Below, one piece after another: positions 56,390 to 64,000 of a stretch of 64,000 nucleotides of DNA. The position numbers were made by a program, and so were the translations under genes. Within the stretch, counting starts at the first letter, position 1; each line of letters starts with the position of its first letter. A model generated the notes under the pieces. That model worked only from the letters and a program-made list of their open reading frames with translations. It was not told the origin of the DNA and searched no databases. The DNA is from an uncultured Anaerolineaceae bacterium (GTDB lineage Bacteria; Chloroflexota; Anaerolineae; Anaerolineales; DRKV01), in assembly GCA_964524425.1 (NCBI GenBank), contig CAZGDA010000001.1:834-64833 (forward strand), read 5' to 3'.

Positions 56390-56414
56390 ACCCAGCCAGC
56401 GCCAAAGAGAGGCG

Positions 56415-58304
56415 TTATTTCTTAATGTGTAAACGGTTGGCGCGCCAGATTTGCAAGGGCAATTGGCAATCCAAAGAGAGCATCCCCGGAACGTCTCTGT
56501 AATGGCTATAATTTTGCTGGATGAGATCCAGTATTTCCAGGTTGGTTGTGGGTGGAGCCTGAGCATCTCCGATGAAATTTGGCAGAGTGCCGCCGCGGTT
56601 AAATAAGGACCAGTCGCGACGGATGAGGATGTAATCAAAGTATTCTTTGCGCAGCTTGCGCACGTAATCGGAATACCAGGGGGTTGCCGGGCTGATTTGC
56701 GTGCTGGCTGTGCGCATAGATTTTACGGAAAGCGGAGCGCCCAGCGCATATTGCAGCCCTGAGGATGGGTCTATCAGCCAGATTTTTTTCTCCTCGATGT
56801 TCGGAACCAGGGAATGAATAATACGGTATGTGCTGCGCACTTTTTGAATGTCATTTTTGGAATAATATGCCTCTAGGTCTGAACGAAAAACGAGATTTTC
56901 CGTTTCGTATTCTTTATAAACGACCTGAGACGTGTAATATTGTACCGAATTGTAGATTAAAACTGCGCAAACGAGGAGGAAAACAAGGTTGATGAACTGA
57001 GATGCAAGCACTGCCCAGCGTATGTTGACATACCGGATTTTCAAGGGATGTGAGCTGGTCTTGTTTGTGGATACGAATAAGATGCGATGCAGGGGGATTT
57101 GCAGCGGCTTGTCTGTCAAGTTGAGAGACCACACACCGGAAACGACGAGGGCTGTTATCGTCAGTGGCAAGTCTAATACGCCGTGCAAAATGTGTTGGTG
57201 AAAGCTTATGTTTGCCAGGGCGAAGAAGGAGAACACGATAAGAATGACCTCTCGTTCCGTAAGCGCAGTGAGGCGAAATGGACGGGAGAAAATTTTCTTG
57301 AGGATATTCCAGGCGCAAACGCTCACCAACCCCAATTTGAGGATAAAATCTATCAGGTAACTTTTATAGACGCCCAAATTCCAGCTTTCCAAGATAGTGG
57401 CTGGGTCAATTTCGGGAAGTAAAGAGTGAAAAAACCAGCCGGTGTAATTCCAACCACTTATCAACCGAGAACTGGACTGTACCAGGTACTGGTATGGGAA
57501 TAGGAAATAAAAATTTTGTCGGTTCATTGCCTGTTGGGGACTCACCAGAACCCCCCAGGTGAGTTCAAGGATGAATAGAGAGAACGCCAACGCAAGAAGC
57601 CCATCCAGGAGGAGACGGGATAAACGCATTCTCAAAGGCAAAGGCTGGCTGAACATCGCGAGACTATAATAGAGAGCGCTGGCAGCGAGCATGACGTACC
57701 CGTTGCTTGGTCTGGCTAGGATGCAAATACAGGCGAGAATTACGCTGCTGAAGAATTTAGCGCGCGGGGATAATTTCTGGGACGCCAGGATAAGCATAAA
57801 TAACATCCACGAAAGGACGTAAACCGGATTTCCTAGCGACCAGCCTTGATGAATGTCTTGAAAGGTGTAGTGGAAAAAGACAGCCAGGCTCAGCGCGGTG
57901 AGCGTTCGCGTTTGATGCGGGTGAAGGTAAATGAATATGATTGCACAGAACAAAATGAAAGACGCCCAGACGCCAATGGAAAAATAAAGCTGTACGGCTT
58001 GGAACGCGGTCAGGTGGAATAGAACCTGGAGGGCTAAACTAAACCAGTACCCTAAAAGCCCGTAAGAGGGGATAAAATCAACGTAGATTTTTTGACCTTT
58101 GGACATCAAGTCCACCGAGAAGGCTTCTGCGCCAAAATCGTTTAAGAGCGAACTGGCGCTGTCGGAGTACGTATAGCAAGCCATTCCCAGGAGTATACCA
58201 AACACGAGGAACATCAAGATGAAGTAGGGGTGCCGAATGGCGAAGTGTAATGAGGTTGAGCTTGTTTTCTTTGCCGCGGCTTTGATGGAACTTACTAATG
58301 TCAT
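56415..58304 (-). CDS. Large polytopic membrane protein (at least 12 predicted TM segments) with ~170-aa C-terminal soluble domain; unassigned
   Basis: 629-aa ORF; GGAG SD 8 nt before the ATG; hydrophobic segments throughout the first ~450 aa; overall shape recalls GT-C glycosyltransferases or O-antigen polymerase/ligase, but I see no diagnostic motif. Confidence 0.6.
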   Translation of the reverse strand: MTLVSSIKAAAKKTSSTSLHFAIRHPYFILMFLVFGILLGMACYTYSDSASSLLNDFGAEAFSVDLMSKGQKIYVDFIPSYGLLGYWFSLALQVLFHLTAFQAVQLYFSIGVWASFILFCAIIFIYLHPHQTRTLTALSLAVFFHYTFQDIHQGWSLGNPVYVLSWMLFMLILASQKLSPRAKFFSSVILACICILARPSNGYVMLAASALYYSLAMFSQPLPLRMRLSRLLLDGLLALAFSLFILELTWGVLVSPQQAMNRQNFYFLFPYQYLVQSSSRLISGWNYTGWFFHSLLPEIDPATILESWNLGVYKSYLIDFILKLGLVSVCAWNILKKIFSRPFRLTALTEREVILIVFSFFALANISFHQHILHGVLDLPLTITALVVSGVWSLNLTDKPLQIPLHRILFVSTNKTSSHPLKIRYVNIRWAVLASQFINLVFLLVCAVLIYNSVQYYTSQVVYKEYETENLVFRSDLEAYYSKNDIQKVRSTYRIIHSLVPNIEEKKIWLIDPSSGLQYALGAPLSVKSMRTASTQISPATPWYSDYVRKLRKEYFDYILIRRDWSLFNRGGTLPNFIGDAQAPPTTNLEILDLIQQNYSHYRDVPGMLSLDCQLPLQIWRANRLHIKK

Positions 58305-58324
58305 GTTTAACTCCAGCGGGTATA

Positions 58325-58332
58325 ATTATACA
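58325..58332 (-). promoter_or_regulatory. Extended -10 element for the 629-aa membrane protein gene
   Basis: Minus-strand TGTATAAT 20 nt upstream of ATG 58304. Confidence 0.4.
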
Positions 58333-58381
58333 ATAAAAACAATCGAACATCGGATAAAAACCTTTTCAATTCTTTGAAGTA

Positions 58382-58390
58382 TGGTAAAAT
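58382..58390 (+). promoter_or_regulatory. Extended -10 element for the DegT-led operon
   Basis: TGgTAAAAT about 170 nt upstream of ATG 58562; an AACGTCgcgGACGTT palindrome lies at 58419-58433 in the leader. Confidence 0.35.
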
Positions 58391-58561
58391 ACCGCAGGAT
58401 TAGAAAGGTCAGGGCGGAAACGTCGCGGACGTTGACGCGGCTGAACTTGCTTTGTTTTGTTTTATCCAGTATGTTAGTGTCGCAAATGAAAGAATGCTTG
58501 TGCGTTGTGAAGAATGTCGCTTGACAGGCAAGAACGCGCAAAAGGAGATAATGCGTAACTT

Positions 58562-59785
58562 ATGGAAGAAACGAAAACCGCAAAAGAAATGCTTGCCCAC
58601 TATGGTGGTCCCAGGGTCAGGGTAAGCCCTATGCCGCCGCGTTCCTCTTTTGGAGCGGGCGAGTTTGCAGCGGTGCAACGTGTGTATGAGCGCTGCAAAC
58701 AAACCGGGACAGATTTTGGATACCAGGATTTTTTTGAAAAGGAATACACGGATGCGTTTGTGAAATCGCTGGGCGTGGATGGATATGCAGACGCAGTTGC
58801 CACCGGTTCGGCGGCGCTGTACGTGGGAATTGCCGCCTTGCGTCTTCCTGCCGGCTCGCACGTGTTGGTGTCTTCCATCACAGACCCTGGGACGATTAAC
58901 TCCATTATCCTAAACAACCTCGTTCCCGTCGTGGTGGATACCATGCCGGGGTCTTACAACATCGGCGCCGAACAGGTGGAAAGCCGCCTAACCGACAAGA
59001 CCAAGGCAGTCCTGGTGGTGCACGCAGCTGGCAAACCCGCGCCCGTGGATGAAATTGTTAAGATCACCAAACGGCTTGGCATTTCCCTCATCGAAGATTG
59101 TTCACAATCTCACGGCGCCACTATTGGCGGAAAGAAAGTGGGGACGATCGGTGAAATTGCCATGTTTTCAACCATGTACCGCAAAGCACACACGACCGGT
59201 GGCTGTGGCGGGGTTATCTTTACACAGGACAAAGACTTGTATCACATGGTGCGGGCATTTGCCGATCGTGGGAAACCATTCTGGAGCAGCGGGTTTAATG
59301 ACCGCGACCCCAGGCAATTTCTCTTCCCGGCGTTAAACTTTAACCTGGATGAATTGTCCTGTGCAATTGGTTCTGCCAGCCTTGCGCGGTTGGAAGACAC
59401 GCGCGTTAAACGAGTGCGTTTTCTGCAAAAGATGTGCGACGCGTTGGAAGAAAATTCCCATATATGCAAACTGATGCCCGTCAGTGAAACGGATTCGCCG
59501 TTCTTCCAGCCTGTGTTTGTGGATGTGGAGCGGATTACGTGTTCCAAGCTGGAATTCGCCGGAGCAGTGTTTAACGAAGGCATTCCAATTAACGCCAACT
59601 ACCAATACGTTGTGTGTGAATGGCAGTTTGTCAAACCATATTTATCCGATGCGTTTGACTGCCCGAACGCAAGGGACGTGCGCGATCGCTCGTTTAATCT
59701 CTTGCTCAATGAAAATTATGGAGATCAAGAAGTGTTGGATATCACCAACGCTATTTTGAAAGTGGAAAGGTATTTCGGAAAATGA
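58562..59785 (+). CDS. DegT/DnrJ/EryC1/StrS-family PLP aminotransferase (second copy, divergent from 4925-6109)
   Basis: 407 aa; ATGSAALYVG, SLIEDCSQSHGA and FSTMYRKAHTTGGCGGVIF (candidate PLP lysine). Confidence 0.75.
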   Translation: MEETKTAKEMLAHYGGPRVRVSPMPPRSSFGAGEFAAVQRVYERCKQTGTDFGYQDFFEKEYTDAFVKSLGVDGYADAVATGSAALYVGIAALRLPAGSHVLVSSITDPGTINSIILNNLVPVVVDTMPGSYNIGAEQVESRLTDKTKAVLVVHAAGKPAPVDEIVKITKRLGISLIEDCSQSHGATIGGKKVGTIGEIAMFSTMYRKAHTTGGCGGVIFTQDKDLYHMVRAFADRGKPFWSSGFNDRDPRQFLFPALNFNLDELSCAIGSASLARLEDTRVKRVRFLQKMCDALEENSHICKLMPVSETDSPFFQPVFVDVERITCSKLEFAGAVFNEGIPINANYQYVVCEWQFVKPYLSDAFDCPNARDVRDRSFNLLLNENYGDQEVLDITNAILKVERYFGK

Positions 59786-60504
59786 ATAATCAACACGACG
59801 ACGAAATCTTCTTCGGCAGTCAATCCTCTGATTTTGCGCGAAAAGTATACCGTGAGATTCCCAGTCAGGAATTTGAACGTGGGTTTGAGTTAGGTCCTTT
59901 TAATACGCGGGAGATTTTTAACGATCCCAAACGATTGGGATTTTTATTTGCCCGCTACAAATTCGTCTCAAAGATGCTGCAGGGCTGTGAGCGCGCTTTG
60001 GAAATTGGCTGTCAGGAAGGGCTGGGGTCAATGGTGATTGCCAAGGTGGTTGGTTTCTTGCTCGCCACCGATTTTTACAAACCCCACATTGAGAGTTGTG
60101 TGGCGCGCTTGAGCGGCGCTGTGCCAAATATCGAGTTTCGCGGGCACGATATTTTAGACGGACCTGTCGCCGGGAAATTTGACGCCGCCCTTTCCATTGA
60201 CGTCATTGAACACATTGACCCGAATCAAGAATACCTTTACATGCGTAATATTGCTACCAGTTTGACTGAGCATGGTATTTTTGTCGTGGGCACCCCGTCT
60301 CTCGAATCGCAGCAATACGCTTCGGTACATTCAAAAGCTGGACACATCAATTGCAAAACCGGGGAATCGCTGCGCGCGCTCTGCAAGCAATATTATCACA
60401 ACGTTTTTGTGTTTGGTATGAATGATGAAATGCTGCACACCGGCTTTCTGCCGATGGCGCATTACCTGTTTGCTTTGTGTGTGGAACCGAAAAAAGGCGT
60501 ATAA
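59782..60504 (+). CDS. Class I SAM-dependent methyltransferase
   Basis: ALEIGCQEGLGS motif I and SIDVIEHI; 4-nt overlap with the upstream gene. Confidence 0.7.
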   Translation: MNNQHDDEIFFGSQSSDFARKVYREIPSQEFERGFELGPFNTREIFNDPKRLGFLFARYKFVSKMLQGCERALEIGCQEGLGSMVIAKVVGFLLATDFYKPHIESCVARLSGAVPNIEFRGHDILDGPVAGKFDAALSIDVIEHIDPNQEYLYMRNIATSLTEHGIFVVGTPSLESQQYASVHSKAGHINCKTGESLRALCKQYYHNVFVFGMNDEMLHTGFLPMAHYLFALCVEPKKGV

Positions 60505-60511
60505 TTCTTCC

Positions 60512-61084
60512 ATGACGAGCGAAAAAATCACGTTTCAGATTCCAGTTACGGAAGCAGACGCCAGATTGATTTACAATTGGCGAAATGATCCGCGTACCAC
60601 TGTGTATTGGGCAGACACCCATCGTATTGTGTGGGATGAGCATTTGCAGTGGTTTGCAAATATCACAAAAAAGGCGGACGAGCGGCTTTTATTTGCCCTG
60701 GAAGAAGGCGAAAAGGTCGGTGTTGTGCGGCTCTCCCGTTCATATATAGAAAGTGAGACGGTGGCGGAAGTGGGTATTTATTTAGACCCCGACCTGCACG
60801 GGCGTGGCTTGGGTCCGCGCATCCTTTCCTCCCTGACGGGATGGTGCACCAGCCAGGATGATTTCCATCTAGACTGGTTGGTGGCGCGGGTTGATAAGCG
60901 AAACATGCCTTCACGGCGCAGTTTTGAAAAAGCCGCTTATGCTTTAACGCCCCTGGAAATCCAGGGCGCGATGAGTGTTGTCTCTCTCCTGGAACTGGCT
61001 GTTGCATATCGAAAGGGAGAGCTTTCTCCAACTGAATGGGTTGACAGCCAAGCAACGCACGTTGTTTTCATCCTGGATTTGTAG
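60512..61084 (+). CDS. GNAT-family N-acetyltransferase (PseH/RimL-like size)
   Basis: ATG 60512 (MTSEKITFQ); NWRNDP...; IYLDPDLHGRGLGPRIL motif A. Confidence 0.7.
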   Translation: MTSEKITFQIPVTEADARLIYNWRNDPRTTVYWADTHRIVWDEHLQWFANITKKADERLLFALEEGEKVGVVRLSRSYIESETVAEVGIYLDPDLHGRGLGPRILSSLTGWCTSQDDFHLDWLVARVDKRNMPSRRSFEKAAYALTPLEIQGAMSVVSLLELAVAYRKGELSPTEWVDSQATHVVFILDL

Positions 61085-61128
61085 ATGAGAGCATATCCCC
61101 AACTAAAAAATGGAATTAGAAAATCAAA

Positions 61129-62109
61129 ATGAAATTTGAACTCCCTGAATATCCGAAGAGATTGTTGATTGGTTTACAGGAAGGATACTGTAACCTCAAG
61201 TGTCCGATGTGTTTTGTACACGGCAGCAGTGATTCTGAGGCAATTAAAGCCACGCGCGGGCAGATGAGCCTGGAAGACGCAGTAAAGATCTTCGACGAAG
61301 TGGCAGAGGCGAAACCGACCATAAGCCCGTTCACGTGGTACGAACCCTTTTTATTTAAAAACTCAATGGATTACATTCGTGCGATCAAAGCGCGCGGTTT
61401 GCCGATAAATATCAACACGAACGGCTTGAACGTCAATGAGGAATTGGCGCAGTTTATCGTCGAATCCGGCATCGAATCGGTGTTTGTCAGTATAGATGCA
61501 ACAACTCCCGAAACGTTACTGAAGATGCGCGGCATCACTGCCCTTGATAAAATCCACGCGGCAGTGTTTCGTCTGCTCGATGCGCGGGGTGAGCTGGACC
61601 ACCCGCGCATTGGGGTCGCTTTTGTGAACGACCCGAAAAGCACGCACGAAAAGGACGAATTCATCCGTTTCTGGTTGCAGCACGTGGATAGTGTGCACAT
61701 CATTGAACTCTACAATGAAAATCGTTCCGTGGATGCGGCAAAAATTCCTGAAGAGCGCATTCCGTGTGGAGCGCTGTACGATACGATGGTGATTAGCAAT
61801 CGCGGCAACGTGCCGATTTGCTGCCTGGATGCCTTCAATGAAACCAGCATGGGAAACGTGTTGGAAAGCGGCGTCAAGAACGTCTGGCTTTCTGAAGAAT
61901 TGCAAACCATTCGTTATTATCACGAGACCAACCAATATGATAAAGTACCGTTTTGTCTGAACTGCCAGGTTTGGGCAGATTATTTAGTAACAGAGACGGT
62001 GGAAAATGGCGTAATGATCCGCACTTCTCCGATGAATACGTATTACAACCGGCTGGATCGCATGTACACCTGGAAGAGCGGCGGAAAAGCAGTGGTGGAA
62101 AAGAAATAG
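61129..62109 (+). CDS. Radical SAM protein with partial SPASM/twitch-like C-terminal Cys motif
   Basis: CNLKCPMC (CxxxCxxC); C-terminal C-x12-G-x4-C (CGALYDTMVISNRGNVPIC) followed by C and a distal CLNC pair. Confidence 0.75.
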   Translation: MKFELPEYPKRLLIGLQEGYCNLKCPMCFVHGSSDSEAIKATRGQMSLEDAVKIFDEVAEAKPTISPFTWYEPFLFKNSMDYIRAIKARGLPININTNGLNVNEELAQFIVESGIESVFVSIDATTPETLLKMRGITALDKIHAAVFRLLDARGELDHPRIGVAFVNDPKSTHEKDEFIRFWLQHVDSVHIIELYNENRSVDAAKIPEERIPCGALYDTMVISNRGNVPICCLDAFNETSMGNVLESGVKNVWLSEELQTIRYYHETNQYDKVPFCLNCQVWADYLVTETVENGVMIRTSPMNTYYNRLDRMYTWKSGGKAVVEKK

Positions 62110-62115
62110 GCTGCT

Positions 62116-63315
62116 ATGGACGATAAAACACAGCAGAAGATGTTTGAATATTATCAGGAACAAACCGTGCTGCCGACGTATGGCGCGTTTAAATCCCAGA
62201 TGGATTTGGCGATCTACGAAAAGCAGCGCCGGGAAATCTTTTTAGATAAGCTTTACCTTCCCGTACAGGTATTTAAAGGCGCCCATCTGATTGAATTTGG
62301 TCCCGATTCCGGCGAAAACTCGCTCGTCTTCGCACAATGGGGGGCAGATTGTACTTTGGTTGAACCAAACCCCAAGGCGCACCCAGTTATATTAAACTAC
62401 TTCCGTTCCTATGGACTTAAAGAACGTCTGACGGAATTGATGAACGTGGACCTGGCTGGGTTTGCCGGGACGGTGGACGGCAAACAAAAATACGACATCA
62501 TTGACGCCGAAAATTTCATTTATACCGTCAAACCACATGAATTGTGGATGGCCCTGTTTGCCCGCATACTCAAACCAGACGGATTCCTGGTCATTTTCTA
62601 CGCTGAGGCGTACGGGTATTTTATGGAATTTTTTCGCAGGGCGCTGTACCTGCGTCTGAAAGAGATGACAGGTATGAGCAGCCTGGCTTGTGCCAGGGCG
62701 CTGTTCACTGCCAAATGGGATTCTATTCCACACAAGCGCTCGTTTGAATCGTGGGTGATGGACTCGCTCGAAAGCCCGTTTGTGCGCTTGGACTACGTAT
62801 ATAAAGCCGGCTGGTTGTGTGAGGAAATGTACAGGCACGGCTTTAATCTTTATTCCTCACACCCGCACTATAAGGACGCCTTGTGTATAGATTGGTTTAA
62901 GAAAAAACTGCCGGATGAGGAGGCTTTACGTTCCCACCAGGCGTTCATAGCCCGCAACAGCCTCAGCTATTTGCTTGGAAAGAAATTATTCTTGCGCTCC
63001 AACGATGGCGTGGATGAGGCATTGTGGCGTTTGCTTACGTTGACGGATGCGATGATTGACGGGTACCTGCCCGAGCAGCTTCAGGAATGCGTGGAGATTT
63101 TGACGCGCATGCAGCATACGGTTCAATCGGATGCCGTGATTGCCGACCAGGCAGAAAAAGCACGGGCAGTAGCAATGCTGCACAGCCATACGCGAATCCT
63201 CCAATTGCTCCTCGCCGGAAACGCACAAGAAATTCTGGAATTTTGTAATCAGGACGAGGCATTTATCCAAAGTTGGGGAAATCCTGTGCATCTGATTGTA
63301 TTTACATTGCGATAA
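62116..63315 (+). CDS. SAM-dependent methyltransferase domain protein with ~200-aa unassigned C-terminal extension
   Basis: HLIEFGPDSGENSL motif I-like, ILKPDGFLVIF; 399 aa. Confidence 0.55.
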   Translation: MDDKTQQKMFEYYQEQTVLPTYGAFKSQMDLAIYEKQRREIFLDKLYLPVQVFKGAHLIEFGPDSGENSLVFAQWGADCTLVEPNPKAHPVILNYFRSYGLKERLTELMNVDLAGFAGTVDGKQKYDIIDAENFIYTVKPHELWMALFARILKPDGFLVIFYAEAYGYFMEFFRRALYLRLKEMTGMSSLACARALFTAKWDSIPHKRSFESWVMDSLESPFVRLDYVYKAGWLCEEMYRHGFNLYSSHPHYKDALCIDWFKKKLPDEEALRSHQAFIARNSLSYLLGKKLFLRSNDGVDEALWRLLTLTDAMIDGYLPEQLQECVEILTRMQHTVQSDAVIADQAEKARAVAMLHSHTRILQLLLAGNAQEILEFCNQDEAFIQSWGNPVHLIVFTLR

Positions 63316-63330
63316 AACTTTGAGGAAAGT

Positions 63331-64000
63331 ATGCGACAATTGACTATGGTAATTCCGGCGTTAAATGAGGAGGAGAACATCGCTCCTACTGTGGAAGAGA
63401 TCCTTCCCATCGCCAGAAAAACGCTGGATTCGTTTGAAATGATTCTCATCAACGATGGAAGCGACGATAAAACCGGTGAGATTATGGAAGGATTTGGGCG
63501 TGATAACCCTGAAATCCGCGTGATTCACCACCCGCAACGCAAGGGTTTTGGAGCCTCGTATCTGGAAGGCATCTCTCTGGCGAAAATGGAATACGTCTCC
63601 TCTATCCCTGGGGATCACGTGGTGGATAAAATTACCTGGGAAGCATATTTTAGCGCGATCGGACAGGCGGATTTGGTGGTTGGCGTGCGCACCAACCAGA
63701 CTAACGCACGCCCTTTTTACCGTGTGGCGCTCTCGCGGCTGTATACCCACGGGATCAACATTATTTTCGGAATGCATTACACGGATATCAATGGGCTTAC
63801 GGTATACCCAACCGAAATGTTACGTGCCATGGGGCTACGTTCCACAGGCTACACCCTCCAGCTTGAGGCGTTGATCCCCCTCACGCGACGAAAAATGACG
63901 TATGTTGAAGTACCCTGTGTCATGTTGCCTTCCGAGGATAAGAGCAGCCATTCGCTCAAGTTTGCTACCTTGCAGGAGGTATTGAGGACGGTCTGGCGAT
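63331..64000 (+). CDS. GT2-family glycosyltransferase (DPM1/ArnC-like), 3'-truncated by the window edge
   Basis: Not in the ORF track because no stop is reached. My translation from ATG 63331 is MRQLTMVIPALNEEENI...MILINDGSDDKTGEIM...GFGASYLEG...GDH, the GT-A/GT2 signature. The frame stays open to 64000. Confidence 0.75.
   Translation, partial: MRQLTMVIPALNEEENIAPTVEEILPIARKTLDSFEMILINDGSDDKTGEIMEGFGRDNPEIRVIHHPQRKGFGASYLEGISLAKMEYVSSIPGDHVVDKITWEAYFSAIGQADLVVGVRTNQTNARPFYRVALSRLYTHGINIIFGMHYTDINGLTVYPTEMLRAMGLRSTGYTLQLEALIPLTRRKMTYVEVPCVMLPSEDKSSHSLKFATLQEVLRTVWR

Noticed and set aside
54998-61084. AblA/AblB-type N-epsilon-acetyl-beta-lysine osmolyte pathway (KamA plus GNAT)
   Set aside because: The GNAT lies about 4 kb away in a different transcription unit. 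It is separated from kamA by a strong terminator and an opposite-strand gene, which is not the adjacent ablA-ablB arrangement.
58562-62109. 2-deoxystreptamine/aminoglycoside-like logic (DegT-type aminotransferase plus radical SAM dehydrogenase, as in BtrS/BtrN)
   Set aside because: No 2-deoxy-scyllo-inosose synthase (DHQS-like) or other aminoglycoside gene is visible. The resemblance is only at the family level. It is kept as a thought, not a claim.

Overview
This is a 64-kb, moderately GC-rich bacterial chromosomal window. I cannot name the organism. Pro/Thr-rich linkers, many lipoprotein-type signals and a LysW-type zinc ribbon are compatible with a Chloroflexota-like genome, but that is inference only. 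I call 62 intact protein-coding genes, one gene interrupted by an in-frame TGA, and three tRNA-Ser genes (UGA, GCU, GGA). I saw no rRNA, CRISPR array, transposase, integrase or phage structural gene. Positions 0-53.8 kb are mostly core functions: gpmA, a peroxiredoxin, dcd, a UXS-type decarboxylase, map, ettA, obg-nadD, a PotDBCA-type importer, cell-wall hydrolases and an L,D-transpeptidase. Small accessory patches interrupt this core: (1) a triplicated secreted helical-repeat gene cassette; (2) two tandem small paralogs with no recognisable family; (3) a YtrA-type GntR/ABC module followed by a CPBP protease; (4) a LysW-like zinc ribbon with a polyacidic tail next to a vWA-TM-FHA protein; (5) a lone dynamin-like GTPase next to a LysM mini-protein. 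The most unusual stretch is 53.8-64 kb. A SET-domain methyltransferase and a monocistronic KamA-type aminomutase diverge from a 504-bp very AT-rich region. They are followed by an unassignable 629-aa polytopic membrane protein and a tightly packed operon (DegT aminotransferase, methyltransferase, GNAT, radical SAM, methyltransferase, GT2) that runs off the window. This is my best candidate for an undescribed tailoring or biosynthetic system, but its product cannot be deduced here. All functional calls rest on motifs read by eye. I could not run any homology search, HMM, RNA folding or window-wide composition calculation. The only numbers given are hand counts on the stated coordinates.
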